From Acidobacteriota bacterium (GTDB taxonomy: Bacteria; Acidobacteriota; Vicinamibacteria; Vicinamibacterales; UBA2999): a stretch of DNA of 64,000 bases. Position 1 is the stretch's first letter; the number at the start of each line of letters is the position of its first letter. The stretch lies in assembly GCA_030697165.1 (NCBI GenBank), contig JAUYQQ010000016.1:123638-187637 (forward strand), in the 5' to 3' direction. The notes below the pieces were generated by a model. The model made no database searches and was not told the DNA's origin. It saw nothing but the letters and a program-made list of their open reading frames with translations. The translations under genes were made by a program, and so were the position numbers. Positions 52,651 through 62,328 of the stretch are shown piece after piece.

Positions 52651-55011
52651 TTACGCTGCCGGGAGGGTGAGCGTGAAGGTTGCGCCGTCGCCCTCGCGCG
52701 AGGCGACCCGAATGGTCCCGCCCTGCTTCTCGGCGAGCGCGCGGGCGATCGTCAATCCCAGGCCCGTTCCTTGAATCCGGCGCGTGTCGCTGCCGTCCAG
52801 TTGCGTGAACGGCTCGAAGATGAAGTCGACCTGGTGGGCCGGGATGCCGGGGCCGTGGTCGCGGACGGCGATCGCCATCACGGTGCCCTCGCGCTCTGCC
52901 GACACTTCGATCGGCGAGCCCGCCGGCGCGTGCTTGATCGCGTTCGAAAGCAGGTTGACGAGCACCTGGATGCAGCGGTCGTGGTCGGCCACCACCTCGC
53001 CCAGCTCACCGGTCGGCCCGGTGATGGTCACGCCGGACGTGCGGGCGAAGCCCTCGACCGTTCGGATCGAGTCCTCGATGATCGGCCGCACCGGCGTGCG
53101 CTTCACGGCCACCGCCATCTCGCCGGCCTCGATCTTCGACATGTCGAGAATGTCGTTGACGATGCGGATCAGGCGATGGGCGTTGCCGAGCGCAACCCGC
53201 ACCAGCTGGTCGGCGTCTTCGTTGCCAGTCATGTTCTCCGCGATCAGCAGCTGCAGCGAGGCGCGGATTGACGTGAGCGGCGTCCGCAGTTCGTGGCTGA
53301 CCATCGACACGAACTGCGACTTCAGGCGTTCCAGCTCCCGGGTGGCGGTCACGTCGGTGCCCAGGCCGATCAGGAACTTGGGCGCTCCCGCCGGGCCACG
53401 AGGGGCAATCACCGTCCACGCGATCACGTGGCGCGCGCCGCCTGGCCCCACCCAGATCCGATCGAGACTGACCGGCGCCTCGGATTCAGCCAGCCGCGGG
53501 AGACCCGCCTGGACGCCGGCCCGCTCTTCGTCGAGCAGGAACGGCAGCTCCCAGATCAACCGGCCGGCGACCGCGCTCATCGCCAGTCCCGACAGCTCCT
53601 CGCACGCGCGATTGAACCGGACGACATGCCCATCCACGTCAAGCACCATGATCAGGCTGGGCACCGTGTCAAGAATGGCCGACACGAAGTCGCGCTCGGC
53701 GCGCAGTTCGGTCTGGGCGTTGACGCGGTCGGTGACGTCGCGGGCCATGCCCTGGTAGCCCTCGATCTGCCCGCCCGCCAGGATCGCGCGCACGTGCTGG
53801 CCCACCCAGATCTCGCTGCCGTCCTTCCGCCTGACCGGAAACTCCAGGTACGACGCCTCGCGCGCCCTGGCCGACTTCTCGTAGAACGCCATTGCCCGCG
53901 GCACCCAGTCGGGCCGCATCAGCTCGAAATACTTCATCGCCAGCAGTTCGCTCTCGGCGTAGCCGAGAAGGCGGGTCGCGACCGGATTGACGAAGGTGAA
54001 CCGCCCGTACGGATCGGTGCGGTAGATCATGTCGCTGGCGTTGTCGACCAGGTCACGATAGCGGCGCTCGGTGCGCTCGACCGCCTGCGTGCGGGTGCGT
54101 ACCTGTTTCTGCAGCGATCGATTCCAGGCCGTGCCGCCGGCGACGAGCAGCAGCACCAGGCCGCCGGCCACGCCGAGGATGGCGGCATACCGATCGAGCC
54201 AGGTGCGCCGGCCGGGCGCGCTCAGTTGCGCCTCGACAATGCGATCGAACTCGCCGGTGGCCTTGAGGCGATCGAGCGCGATCCGAAGGGGCGCAACCGC
54301 CAGGTCGCGGCCCTTCAACACCGCCATTTGATAGGGACGCGACAGCAGCGGCACCTCTTCGGCGTCGTCGGCCAGTGGCCCCATCAGAAACCTGAGGGTC
54401 AGGTGGTTGCCGGCCACGCCGTCGACTTCTCCTCGTGCGAAGGCGAGGATCGCGTCGGCCCGGGTGGCGACCACCTGCAGCGCGGGCCGTCGCGCTTCGG
54501 GCAGGCCGGCGAGCAGCAGGTGATTGATCGAGCCGTCGTCGACCGCGACCCGCACGCCCCACAGATCGTCGAGGCCGCGCGGGTAGCGGGGCAGGCCCGG
54601 GCGCATCATGACGACCTGCGCCAGCGTCCAGGTCTGATCGAGCAGCTGGTAGCGCGCCGCGCGCTCGTCCGAGTACGACAGGAACATCACGTCGGTTTTG
54701 CCGGCCTCGAAGGCAGCGACGCGCTCGTCGCGGGTCCCGAGCCGGATCTCGATGGCCACGCCGGCCTCGCGCGCCAGCGCGCGGATGAGCTCGACGTTGA
54801 AGCCCCGGGGGGTGCCGCTTTCGTCGAGATACTCGTAAGGGGGGAACTCGCGGTCGCCGCCGAAGACGAGCGCCCGCGGCTCCACCTTCGCGCGTTGCGC
54901 TACGGTGGACAAGCCGGGGGACAGGTCGACGGGGGGCTGCGCGGCCGCGGGTGTGGTCAGCACCGCGAGCGTCCCGACCACGAACAGGAGCCTGAGCCGG
55001 CACACAGCCAC
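52651..55011 (-). CDS. Sensor histidine kinase with periplasmic family-3 solute-binding domain, two PAS domains, HisKA and HATPase
   Basis: GTG 55011 signal; ...DREFPPYEYLDESGTPRGFNVELIRALAREAG... (SBP_bac_3); H-box VSMVSHELRTPLTSI; DHGPGIP, GTGLGLTIAR. Confidence 0.8.
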   Translation of the reverse strand: MAVCRLRLLFVVGTLAVLTTPAAAQPPVDLSPGLSTVAQRAKVEPRALVFGGDREFPPYEYLDESGTPRGFNVELIRALAREAGVAIEIRLGTRDERVAAFEAGKTDVMFLSYSDERAARYQLLDQTWTLAQVVMMRPGLPRYPRGLDDLWGVRVAVDDGSINHLLLAGLPEARRPALQVVATRADAILAFARGEVDGVAGNHLTLRFLMGPLADDAEEVPLLSRPYQMAVLKGRDLAVAPLRIALDRLKATGEFDRIVEAQLSAPGRRTWLDRYAAILGVAGGLVLLLVAGGTAWNRSLQKQVRTRTQAVERTERRYRDLVDNASDMIYRTDPYGRFTFVNPVATRLLGYAESELLAMKYFELMRPDWVPRAMAFYEKSARAREASYLEFPVRRKDGSEIWVGQHVRAILAGGQIEGYQGMARDVTDRVNAQTELRAERDFVSAILDTVPSLIMVLDVDGHVVRFNRACEELSGLAMSAVAGRLIWELPFLLDEERAGVQAGLPRLAESEAPVSLDRIWVGPGGARHVIAWTVIAPRGPAGAPKFLIGLGTDVTATRELERLKSQFVSMVSHELRTPLTSIRASLQLLIAENMTGNEDADQLVRVALGNAHRLIRIVNDILDMSKIEAGEMAVAVKRTPVRPIIEDSIRTVEGFARTSGVTITGPTGELGEVVADHDRCIQVLVNLLSNAIKHAPAGSPIEVSAEREGTVMAIAVRDHGPGIPAHQVDFIFEPFTQLDGSDTRRIQGTGLGLTIARALAEKQGGTIRVASREGDGATFTLTLPAA

Positions 55012-55031
55012 GGCAAATTGTAACCGGTTCC

Positions 55032-55060
55032 AATGTAGCGTCCGGCTTTAGCCGGACTTA
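55032..55060. repeat. GTAGCGTCCGGCTTTAGCCGGAC hairpin element
   Basis: aatgtagcgtccggctttagccggactta; in the divergent region between the kinase and the P5C dehydrogenase gene. Confidence 0.8.
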
Positions 55061-55098
55061 GAATAGAGCTTCGCCCTCAATTCAAAGGAAGCGCGCCC

Positions 55099-56733
55099 AT
55101 GTCTGACGTCATTTCCGGCCGCCGCCGGGTTCCTCGCCCCGAGAACGATCCCAACCTGACCTACGCGCCGGGCACGCCGGCCCGTGCCGAGCTCAAGGCC
55201 CGGCTGGCCACCATGGCCGGCGAAACGGTCGACATTCCAATCGTGATTGGTGGCAAGGAGATCCGGACCGGCGCCACCGAGCGCTCCGTCATGCCGCACA
55301 AGCACGGCCATGTGCTGGGGCATTATCACAAGGCGACGGCCGGCCAGGTCCGCCAGGCCGTGGATGCGGCGCTCGTGGCCCGCAAGGAGTGGGCCGGCTG
55401 GTCCTTCGAGGATCGGGCCGCGGTGTTCCTGCGTGCCGCCGAGCTGCTGACCACGTCGTGGCGCTCGACGATCGTCGCCGCGACCATGCTCGGCCAGTCG
55501 AAGACCGCCTACCAGGCCGAGATCGACGCGGCCTCGGAACTGGTGGACTTCTGGCGCTTCAACGTCGCCTTTGCACAGGATTTGCTGTCAGAGCAGCCCG
55601 ACAGCAATCACGCGGTGTGGAACCAGATGGAGTACCGGCCGCTCGAAGGCTTCGTGTACGCCATTTCACCGTTCAACTTCACCGCCATCGGCGGCAACCT
55701 CGCCGGCGCGCCCGCGCTGATGGGCAACACCGTGGTGTGGAAGCCGGCCGGCACCTCAATGCTGAGCTCGTACTACGTGATGAAGCTCCTCGAGGAGGCC
55801 GGACTGCCGCCCGGTGTCATCAACTTCGTGCCGGGCAACGCCGTCGAGATTTCCGACGTGCTGCTCGATCACCCCGACCTGGCGGGCATTCACTTCACCG
55901 GCAGCACTGCCGTGTTCAACGGCATGTGGCAGCGCGTCGGCCAGAACCTGGGCAAGTACCGCGGCTACCCGCGCCTGGTCGGCGAAACCGGCGGCAAGGA
56001 CTTCATCGTCGTGCACGCCTCGGCGGATCCGCAGGAGGTCGCCGTGGCCGCGGTGCGCGGCGCGTTCGAGTACCAGGGGCAGAAGTGCTCCGCCGCCAGC
56101 CGCATGTACGTGCCGAAGTCGCGCTGGAACGACATTCGCGATCGCATGGTCGCCATGATGAAGGACATCAAGATGGGCGATGTCCGTGATTTCCGCAACT
56201 TCATGGGCGCCGTGATCGACAAGAAGGCCTTCGACAAGGTCAGCGGTTACATTGACGATGCGAAGAAGAATGCGAAGGTGATCCAGGGCGGCGGCTACCA
56301 GGGCGACGAGGGCTACTTCATCGAGCCGACGTTGATTGAGGCCAGCGACCCCGCCTACCGTTCGATGTGCGAAGAGATCTTCGGTCCCGTGCTGTCGGTG
56401 CACGTGTACGACGATGCGAAGTGGACCGAGATGCTGGAGATCGTGGATCGCACTTCGCCTTATGCGCTGACCGGCGCGGTGTTCTCGCGGGATCGGGCGG
56501 CCGTGCGCGAGGCCTCGGCCGCGCTCAAGAATGCCGCCGGCAACTTCTACATCAACGACAAGCCGACCGGCGCGGTCGTGGGGCAGCAGCCCTTCGGCGG
56601 GGCGCGCGCCTCGGGCACCAACGACAAGGCGGGTTCGAAGATGAACCTGGTCCGCTGGGTGAGCATGCGAACGATCAAGGAGAACTTCGCGCCGCCGACG
56701 GACTACAAGTATCCGTTCATGATGGAAGAGTAA
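55099..56733 (+). CDS. pruA: L-glutamate gamma-semialdehyde (delta-1-pyrroline-5-carboxylate) dehydrogenase
   Basis: 544 aa ALDH-superfamily; N-terminal ...PENDPNLTYAPGTPARAELKARL...IPIVIGGKEIRTG typical of PruA-type P5CDH; catalytic region ...VGETGGKDF... and ...FEYQGQKCSAASR... Confidence 0.75.
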   Translation: MSDVISGRRRVPRPENDPNLTYAPGTPARAELKARLATMAGETVDIPIVIGGKEIRTGATERSVMPHKHGHVLGHYHKATAGQVRQAVDAALVARKEWAGWSFEDRAAVFLRAAELLTTSWRSTIVAATMLGQSKTAYQAEIDAASELVDFWRFNVAFAQDLLSEQPDSNHAVWNQMEYRPLEGFVYAISPFNFTAIGGNLAGAPALMGNTVVWKPAGTSMLSSYYVMKLLEEAGLPPGVINFVPGNAVEISDVLLDHPDLAGIHFTGSTAVFNGMWQRVGQNLGKYRGYPRLVGETGGKDFIVVHASADPQEVAVAAVRGAFEYQGQKCSAASRMYVPKSRWNDIRDRMVAMMKDIKMGDVRDFRNFMGAVIDKKAFDKVSGYIDDAKKNAKVIQGGGYQGDEGYFIEPTLIEASDPAYRSMCEEIFGPVLSVHVYDDAKWTEMLEIVDRTSPYALTGAVFSRDRAAVREASAALKNAAGNFYINDKPTGAVVGQQPFGGARASGTNDKAGSKMNLVRWVSMRTIKENFAPPTDYKYPFMMEE

Positions 56734-56734
56734 T

Positions 56735-56785
56735 GACGCCGGGTGTCTTTTTCGTTGGGGACGTGCGAAAAAGACACCCGGCGTC
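56735..56785. terminator. Perfect 20-bp inverted repeat GACGCCGGGTGTCTTTTTCG / CGAAAAAGACACCCGGCGTC (11-nt loop) between convergent genes
   Basis: Arms 56735-56754 and 56766-56785; starts 2 nt after the pruA stop and abuts the stop (56786-56788) of the minus-strand gene; sister of 18826-18887. Confidence 0.65.
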
Positions 56786-59059
56786 TTAAAACCTGAACAA
56801 CTTCGTGACTTTGACCACCAGGCTCCGGTTATCCAACTCAGGGAAACCGGGGCCGGTGGTGTCTCGGCCGTCACTGTAGACCACGAACAGCTCGCTGCCG
56901 GGTTGATACTCCCAGCGGAACCGCGCGTTGGTGCTGAGGGTGTCGCTGGCCGACTGGTACTGCACGAGCGCCGACGCGAACATGCGCGGGGTCAGCGTGT
57001 AAGTGAGGCGCGAGCTGACGATGTTGGCGTCGCCATCGCCAAACGGCGTCGCAAACCGGTTGAACGAGACGGTCGGCTCGGCGTAGAAGCGCGGACCGAA
57101 CTCGACCCGGCCGCGCCAGGTCAGCTCTTGCAGCGTGCCGCCATAAAAGCCGCCATAGGTGAGGGTCAGCGTCCCCGAGATGGGCCGTTGCGGCGAACTG
57201 GTGAAGAGCAGCCTGGCCTGCCCGAAGTCATACTCGCCGCCCGGCACGATCACACCCGGCGTGACCTGGAACGGCGCGTCGAGGTGCTCGAACGCCCGCG
57301 AGTACTCGGTCGCCCACTGGTCGCCGTTCGACAGCTCCATGCGATACGCCGCCTGCGCCTCGCGCGACTCGGGCCGGCCATTGCGGTCCTCGAAATAGTC
57401 GTAGCTGCCCTCGTAATAGAACTTGCGGACCGTCCTCCCTCGCGCCGGGCGCGGGCTGTAGCGGGCCTGGCCGTAGCTGCGGCGGAACGCCGTGCGGCGC
57501 AGAAAGCCGATCTCCGGGTTGAAGTGGTCGCCCAGAAACAGGTGATCGGCCTGAAATCCGATCAGGTCGGCGTTCCAAGTCACGTTGGCGCGGTAGCTGC
57601 TGCGGTCGGAAACCGATCCAGTCGTGCCCGAGGTTCCCGCCCAGTAGGTATTGATTGCCAGTTCCTCGAGCGGGTTGATGGTGCTGTCGACACCGTACGA
57701 GTAGCCTTCGGCATCGCCCGAGGCGCGCGGCGCCCGCCGCGTCGCGATCACGCCGACGCGGCTGCGCTTGAGGAGGTCGCGGTTGACGCGCAGCACCGAG
57801 AAATCGCTGGCGGGGGCGCCGGCGGCCGCGATCTCTTCCGTGCGCATCTGCAGCGCGCCGACCTGGAAGCCGTTGCCGCGCCCCAGCAGGCGGGCGCCGC
57901 CCAGGATGGGAACCACCTGGTTGTTTTGCAGGCCGATGCGCCGGCTGAAAAACACGATCGGCGTGACGTTGCTGGCACCACCCCCCATGTTGATGGCGGT
58001 CGGGCCCTGGCCGCCGCCGCCCTGGTTCGAGCCAGCGCCGGCAAAGTTGAACACGTCCTGACCCTCGAGAAAGAAGTCGCGTTTCTCGGGAAACAGCACG
58101 CTGAAGCGCGTCAGGTTGACCTGCGCTTCGTCATCCTCGACCTGGGCAAAATCGGTGTTGTAGGTGAAGTCGGTGACGACCGACTGCGTGATGCCCCACT
58201 TGGCGTCCACGCCGAACTCGGCGGCGCCGTGGTTCGCGAGCGGCGGCGTCGTCCGGTGGTTGGTCGTGTTCGAGCCCAGTCCGTACGGTTTGACGTCCAG
58301 GTTCCGGAGCCTGGACGGCGACTCGAGGCCGGCCAGCGTGCCGACCGACGACACCTTCGACAGCCCGCGGCGGCCCCACGACACCGGCACCTGCGACAGG
58401 AAGGTCAGCTCATTGCGCCAACGGACCATGCGGCGAAAGTTGATGCCCCACTCGCGGCTGCCTTCCTTGAACCGCATCGACCGGAACGGGATCACCATCT
58501 CGACCGTCCAGCCCTGGTCGAAATCGGCCGTCTTCACTTCCCAGAGGCCGTTCCAGTTGTTGCTGGGCTGCTCGTTGGTGACTTGCCAGTCGAACATCCC
58601 GCCCTGCGCATTTGAAGAGAAGCCGAAACCGTTGCGGCGGTCGTTGAAGGTATCGAACACGACCCCGAGGTGATCGTTGTTGTACAGGTTGCTGGAATCG
58701 CGCCGCATGTCGCTCGTCACGCGCCGATCGGGATGCGTCTCCCACAAGCGGGCGCCGACGTAGATGTTCTGGTCGTCGAAGAACACCCACACCTCGGTCC
58801 GGTCGCTGGCCGGCGCGCCTTCGGTTGGTTCCTGCTGGACGAAGCCCGACGCCCCTGGCACCAACGAGTAGATGGGATCGTCGAGGCGGCCGTCAAAGGT
58901 GAGCGGCGACGTCAGCCTGGTGGTTCGCAGGGTCGCGCGGCCCTGCGCATCGCGGGTCACGGCCTCTGGCGGGACGAGCGGTTCCTGGGCAGCGGTCGGT
59001 GTTGCTAAAAGACTGATAAATAGTGCAAGGATTCCGGCGCCGCGTATCAAGCCCTTCAT
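56786..59059 (-). CDS. DUF5916-like outer-membrane protein with N-terminal carbohydrate-binding-family-9-like domain
   Basis: Signal peptide MKGLIRGAGILALFISLLATPTAA; ...FDGRLDDPIYS...VWVFFDDQNIYVGARLWE... N-domain; C-terminal ...LVVKVTKLFRF* barrel-type ending. Confidence 0.55.
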   Translation of the reverse strand: MKGLIRGAGILALFISLLATPTAAQEPLVPPEAVTRDAQGRATLRTTRLTSPLTFDGRLDDPIYSLVPGASGFVQQEPTEGAPASDRTEVWVFFDDQNIYVGARLWETHPDRRVTSDMRRDSSNLYNNDHLGVVFDTFNDRRNGFGFSSNAQGGMFDWQVTNEQPSNNWNGLWEVKTADFDQGWTVEMVIPFRSMRFKEGSREWGINFRRMVRWRNELTFLSQVPVSWGRRGLSKVSSVGTLAGLESPSRLRNLDVKPYGLGSNTTNHRTTPPLANHGAAEFGVDAKWGITQSVVTDFTYNTDFAQVEDDEAQVNLTRFSVLFPEKRDFFLEGQDVFNFAGAGSNQGGGGQGPTAINMGGGASNVTPIVFFSRRIGLQNNQVVPILGGARLLGRGNGFQVGALQMRTEEIAAAGAPASDFSVLRVNRDLLKRSRVGVIATRRAPRASGDAEGYSYGVDSTINPLEELAINTYWAGTSGTTGSVSDRSSYRANVTWNADLIGFQADHLFLGDHFNPEIGFLRRTAFRRSYGQARYSPRPARGRTVRKFYYEGSYDYFEDRNGRPESREAQAAYRMELSNGDQWATEYSRAFEHLDAPFQVTPGVIVPGGEYDFGQARLLFTSSPQRPISGTLTLTYGGFYGGTLQELTWRGRVEFGPRFYAEPTVSFNRFATPFGDGDANIVSSRLTYTLTPRMFASALVQYQSASDTLSTNARFRWEYQPGSELFVVYSDGRDTTGPGFPELDNRSLVVKVTKLFRF

Positions 59060-59233
59060 TATAAGTGGGGTGGCCGAAAGGGCCGATAAACGCGGTCATG
59101 GCAGCATGGAACAAGGCCCAATCGACACTTCTGTAATCAAATGAGCCATTTCAGGACAAACCGAAGGGCGCCCGGTGACCTTCAGTTGTCAGAATGCCAT
59201 TGTCGCCAACGAGTTACGGAGACACCGCGCTGC

Positions 59234-59248
59234 TGGACTACTCCTTGC
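59234..59248 (+). promoter_or_regulatory. Weak candidate sigma54 -24/-12 element (TGGactactccTTGCt) upstream of the pilin-like operon
   Basis: GG-N10-GC spacing matches the TGGCAC-N5-TTGC consensus; only 12 nt before GTG 59261, which would imply a nearly leaderless mRNA. Confidence 0.15.
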
Positions 59249-59260
59249 TATCTCCGGGGT

Positions 59261-59758
59261 GTGCGTTCAGAACTTGGTTACACGCTGATTGAGGTGGTCA
59301 TCGTCGTGGGCCTCATTGGCGTCACGTCAGCGATTGCCGTTCCCGTCTTCATTGAGTCGAACGCGCGCAACCGGCTCTGGACCGCGTCGGAGCAGATCGG
59401 CAGCACGGTCCGGCAGACGCGCCTCCAGGCGATCAGCCAGAACACCACGTATCGCGTGGCGTTTGATTGCCCGTCGGCTGGAAGCCTGCGCAGCCTGATC
59501 ATCACCGGCGACCCGGCGGTGGACGATGACGCGGACCGCTGTAACCAGACGCTCGAGGGCGACTCCGCCGTCATCGAGATGCCGACGAGCGTGACCTACG
59601 ATCCCGCTGACGCGACCGCGCTTCAGGTCAGCGGGCGCGGCATCTTCACCGCGATCGGCGAATCCATTCCGTTAACCATCAGCGTTCAATATGGTACAGC
59701 CACGAGAACTCTTACCGTCAGCGCCACCGGCCAAATCACCTTCAGCAACATCCACTGA
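59261..59758 (+). CDS. Prepilin-type N-terminal cleavage/methylation domain protein, GspH/FimT-like minor pilin
   Basis: GTG 59261: VRSELG/YTLIEVVIVVGLIGVTSAIAVPVF...; ...RLWTASEQIGSTVRQTRLQAISQNTTYRVAFD as in the GspH/FimT family. Confidence 0.65.
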   Translation: MRSELGYTLIEVVIVVGLIGVTSAIAVPVFIESNARNRLWTASEQIGSTVRQTRLQAISQNTTYRVAFDCPSAGSLRSLIITGDPAVDDDADRCNQTLEGDSAVIEMPTSVTYDPADATALQVSGRGIFTAIGESIPLTISVQYGTATRTLTVSATGQITFSNIH

Positions 59759-60206
59759 CGAGCGCGGCCCTGTCCGCCGTAGCGCTTCGCGCGAAGGTGG
59801 ATTCACGCTCGTCGAGGCTGTGATCGCGATGGTGATCTGCACGATCGGGTTGGTTGCGCTTGCGGGGCTGATGGCGGTGACGCTGCGCACGCAGCAGCTC
59901 TCGCGCAATTCGACGCAGGCGGTGCGACTGGCCCAGGACAAGGTCGACGAGCTGACCACCCTGAGCTTTGCCACCGACCCATCGGTCGACTGCGGCGGCT
60001 CGCTGACCGCCGATGTCACCAACTACAACGACGTGCCCGGCAATGGCCCGGGCTACCGGCGCCGGTGGCTGGTGATCGAGGGGCCTGACGGCGACCTCAA
60101 CTTGCGGCAGGTCACCGTTCGCGTGATTCCGGATGTGAACGATCGCCGGACGGCCGCACCTTACGACCTCACGACGATTATTCGGGGGTTGCCGGTCGCA
60201 TGCTAA
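59691..60206 (+). CDS. PilV-like minor pilin (prepilin-type N-terminal methylation domain)
   Basis: ...REGG/FTLVEAVIAMVICTIGLVALAGL...; no start codon between 59758 and the cleavage motif, so ATG 59691 (68-nt overlap, long leader) is the only in-frame canonical start. Confidence 0.55.
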   Translation: MVQPRELLPSAPPAKSPSATSTDERGPVRRSASREGGFTLVEAVIAMVICTIGLVALAGLMAVTLRTQQLSRNSTQAVRLAQDKVDELTTLSFATDPSVDCGGSLTADVTNYNDVPGNGPGYRRRWLVIEGPDGDLNLRQVTVRVIPDVNDRRTAAPYDLTTIIRGLPVAC

Positions 60207-60862
60207 TCCACAAGACGCTTGGCAGCGACCGGGGCTTCACCCTGGTCGAGCTGCTGGTCGCCAGCATGGTGACGATGGTCGTGCTCGGCGGTGCCGTGGC
60301 GCTGACCTCGCAGGTGCAAGAGGGCTACCGGCGGCAGATCGAGAGTTCGGCCGCCGAGCAGGAGGGCCGCTACGCGCTCGACTGGGTCAGCCGGCTGATC
60401 CGGGCCTCGGGCAACAACCCCTACAACGTGGCGATCACCGACTGCCCGTCGGCCGCCACCCCGTTTGCCGCCATCGTCTTCGATCCCGACGGCGATGACA
60501 TCGACAACGACATCCGGCTGCAGACCGACTCGAACCCGCCCGACGGCCTGCTCGGCGGTGTGGCCGGCGGCTGCTCGCAGGCCAACGAGGACGTGACCGT
60601 CTCGTTCGACCCCGACACCAACAGCATCACGTTCCTCGACAACAACCTCGGCGGCACGGCCACCATCCGCACCGACGCGGTGATCGACGATCTCCGCTTC
60701 ATTTATCGCGACGCGGCGCGCGCCGTCACGACCAATCCGTTGAACGTTGTCTATGTCGAGACGCAGGTGACGGTTCGCTCGCGGACGATCAACGCCGTTA
60801 CCGGCGAGCCCGTCACCCGCGTGCTCAGCCAGGAAGTGCGCATTCGCGGACGAAACTACTGA
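60200..60862 (+). CDS. PilW-like minor pilin (prepilin-type N-terminal methylation domain)
   Basis: MLIHKTLGSDRG/FTLVELLVASMVTMVVLGGAVAL...; start overlaps upstream stop. Confidence 0.6.
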   Translation: MLIHKTLGSDRGFTLVELLVASMVTMVVLGGAVALTSQVQEGYRRQIESSAAEQEGRYALDWVSRLIRASGNNPYNVAITDCPSAATPFAAIVFDPDGDDIDNDIRLQTDSNPPDGLLGGVAGGCSQANEDVTVSFDPDTNSITFLDNNLGGTATIRTDAVIDDLRFIYRDAARAVTTNPLNVVYVETQVTVRSRTINAVTGEPVTRVLSQEVRIRGRNY

Positions 60863-62328
60863 TGAAGGCAGCAGTGAGGCACCCTATGACAACGCCACCA
60901 TCCGTCAACGCAGTTCGCTCGGAGAAAGGCGTCGCGCTGGTCATCGTCCTGCTGCTGCTGGCGGTAATGATGGGCCTGACGACCGGAATGACCCTGAGCG
61001 GCCAGACCGACATCGCCATGGCCTCGAACGAGCTCAACTATGCGGGGGCGCGCGCCGCCGCCGAGGCGGGGTTGAACCGGGCCATCGAGCAGATCATCGC
61101 CGACACGTCGACCAACTTGCTGGCCGGCGCCGACGGGGAGGTCGATGCCGGCAACCCGTTGGCGGCCGCCAACGCCGATAACGGCCGCATCCCGGGGATC
61201 GGCAACGGCCCGTTCACGATCGGCGATCGATTCGCCTACACACTGCAGATTCTCGACGATGACGATCCCTCGCTGTACCCGACAGCGCTGGCGGAGGCGC
61301 AGCTGACCCAGATGGCCGAGGACGGCAGCCCCTATACAAGCCTGAACGATCGCCTGATTCTCCGGGCGATTGGCACGGGACCGCGAGGCACGACCGTCAG
61401 CATCATGCGCGTGTTGCAGTCGGTTGCCACTGGGGCCATCCCGCCGACCAGCACCACGATCTTGTCGAATCCCGCGATCCTGGTGGGCGGCAGCTTGGAC
61501 ATCAACGGCAATATCACCGTGGGCGGCACTGAGGGCAACATTCATACGAACGGCAACGTCACTGGTGGCGGGTCCGAGGACATCAGTGGTGACATCACGG
61601 CTACTGGCACGGTCGCTGATGGCCTGGACCCGGCTGGCCTGAAGGCGGGCGGCATGCCGCCGATCACCATTCCGGAGATCAAGGCGGAAGATTACCGGAA
61701 CCTCGCTGACTGGATCCTCACCAGTACCGGAGAACGTCGGCGAGCCAGCGACAACGCGCTCTGCGGCGGCGCCGGACCGGTGTGCCCCACGGGATGGAGC
61801 TTCTCGGGTGGCGCGTGGAGTTCCTCGGGCGCCATGCCGAGCGCCGCGACCTATTACGTCGAGGGCCCGGTCTCGGTCCACGGCACCGGCAAGTCCGTGC
61901 TCACCTCGGTGTCGATCATCGCCGAGGGTTCCATCACGATTACCGGCAACGGCAAGTTTCGCCCAGAGAATTCCGCGAAGATCCAGTTCGTGACCAACGG
62001 CGACTTCGAACTGGGCGGCACCGTGGACGCGGACGACTCGGTGGACCTTGACGGCCAGATCATGGTCCGCGAGCAGATGAGGATCTACGGCAACTCCGAG
62101 TTCCAGGGCCGCGTGATGGTCGAGAACCGCGATGGTACTACCAACGCCTACGACGCGTCGACGAACCCGCACGGTCGCCGTGGCGCATCGACGACCGACG
62201 CAAACACCCTGGCCGGCAACATGCGGGTGACCTATAACGGCAACCTCGGCGACATCGTCACAACCGTCGAGACGCCGGGCTCGGATCCGACCTTTACCAA
62301 CAACATCTCGGGGTGGATCGAGCAGTGA
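60862..62328 (+). CDS. Large PilX-N-terminal-domain-like pilus assembly protein
   Basis: ...SEKGVALVIVLLLLAVMMGLTTGMTLSGQTDIAMASNELNYAGARAAAEAGL... (PilX_N type); C-terminal Gly/Asn/Thr repeat region (GNITVGGTEGNIHTNGNVTGGGSEDISGDITATG); TGATG overlap with upstream gene. Confidence 0.55.
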   Translation: MKAAVRHPMTTPPSVNAVRSEKGVALVIVLLLLAVMMGLTTGMTLSGQTDIAMASNELNYAGARAAAEAGLNRAIEQIIADTSTNLLAGADGEVDAGNPLAAANADNGRIPGIGNGPFTIGDRFAYTLQILDDDDPSLYPTALAEAQLTQMAEDGSPYTSLNDRLILRAIGTGPRGTTVSIMRVLQSVATGAIPPTSTTILSNPAILVGGSLDINGNITVGGTEGNIHTNGNVTGGGSEDISGDITATGTVADGLDPAGLKAGGMPPITIPEIKAEDYRNLADWILTSTGERRRASDNALCGGAGPVCPTGWSFSGGAWSSSGAMPSAATYYVEGPVSVHGTGKSVLTSVSIIAEGSITITGNGKFRPENSAKIQFVTNGDFELGGTVDADDSVDLDGQIMVREQMRIYGNSEFQGRVMVENRDGTTNAYDASTNPHGRRGASTTDANTLAGNMRVTYNGNLGDIVTTVETPGSDPTFTNNISGWIEQ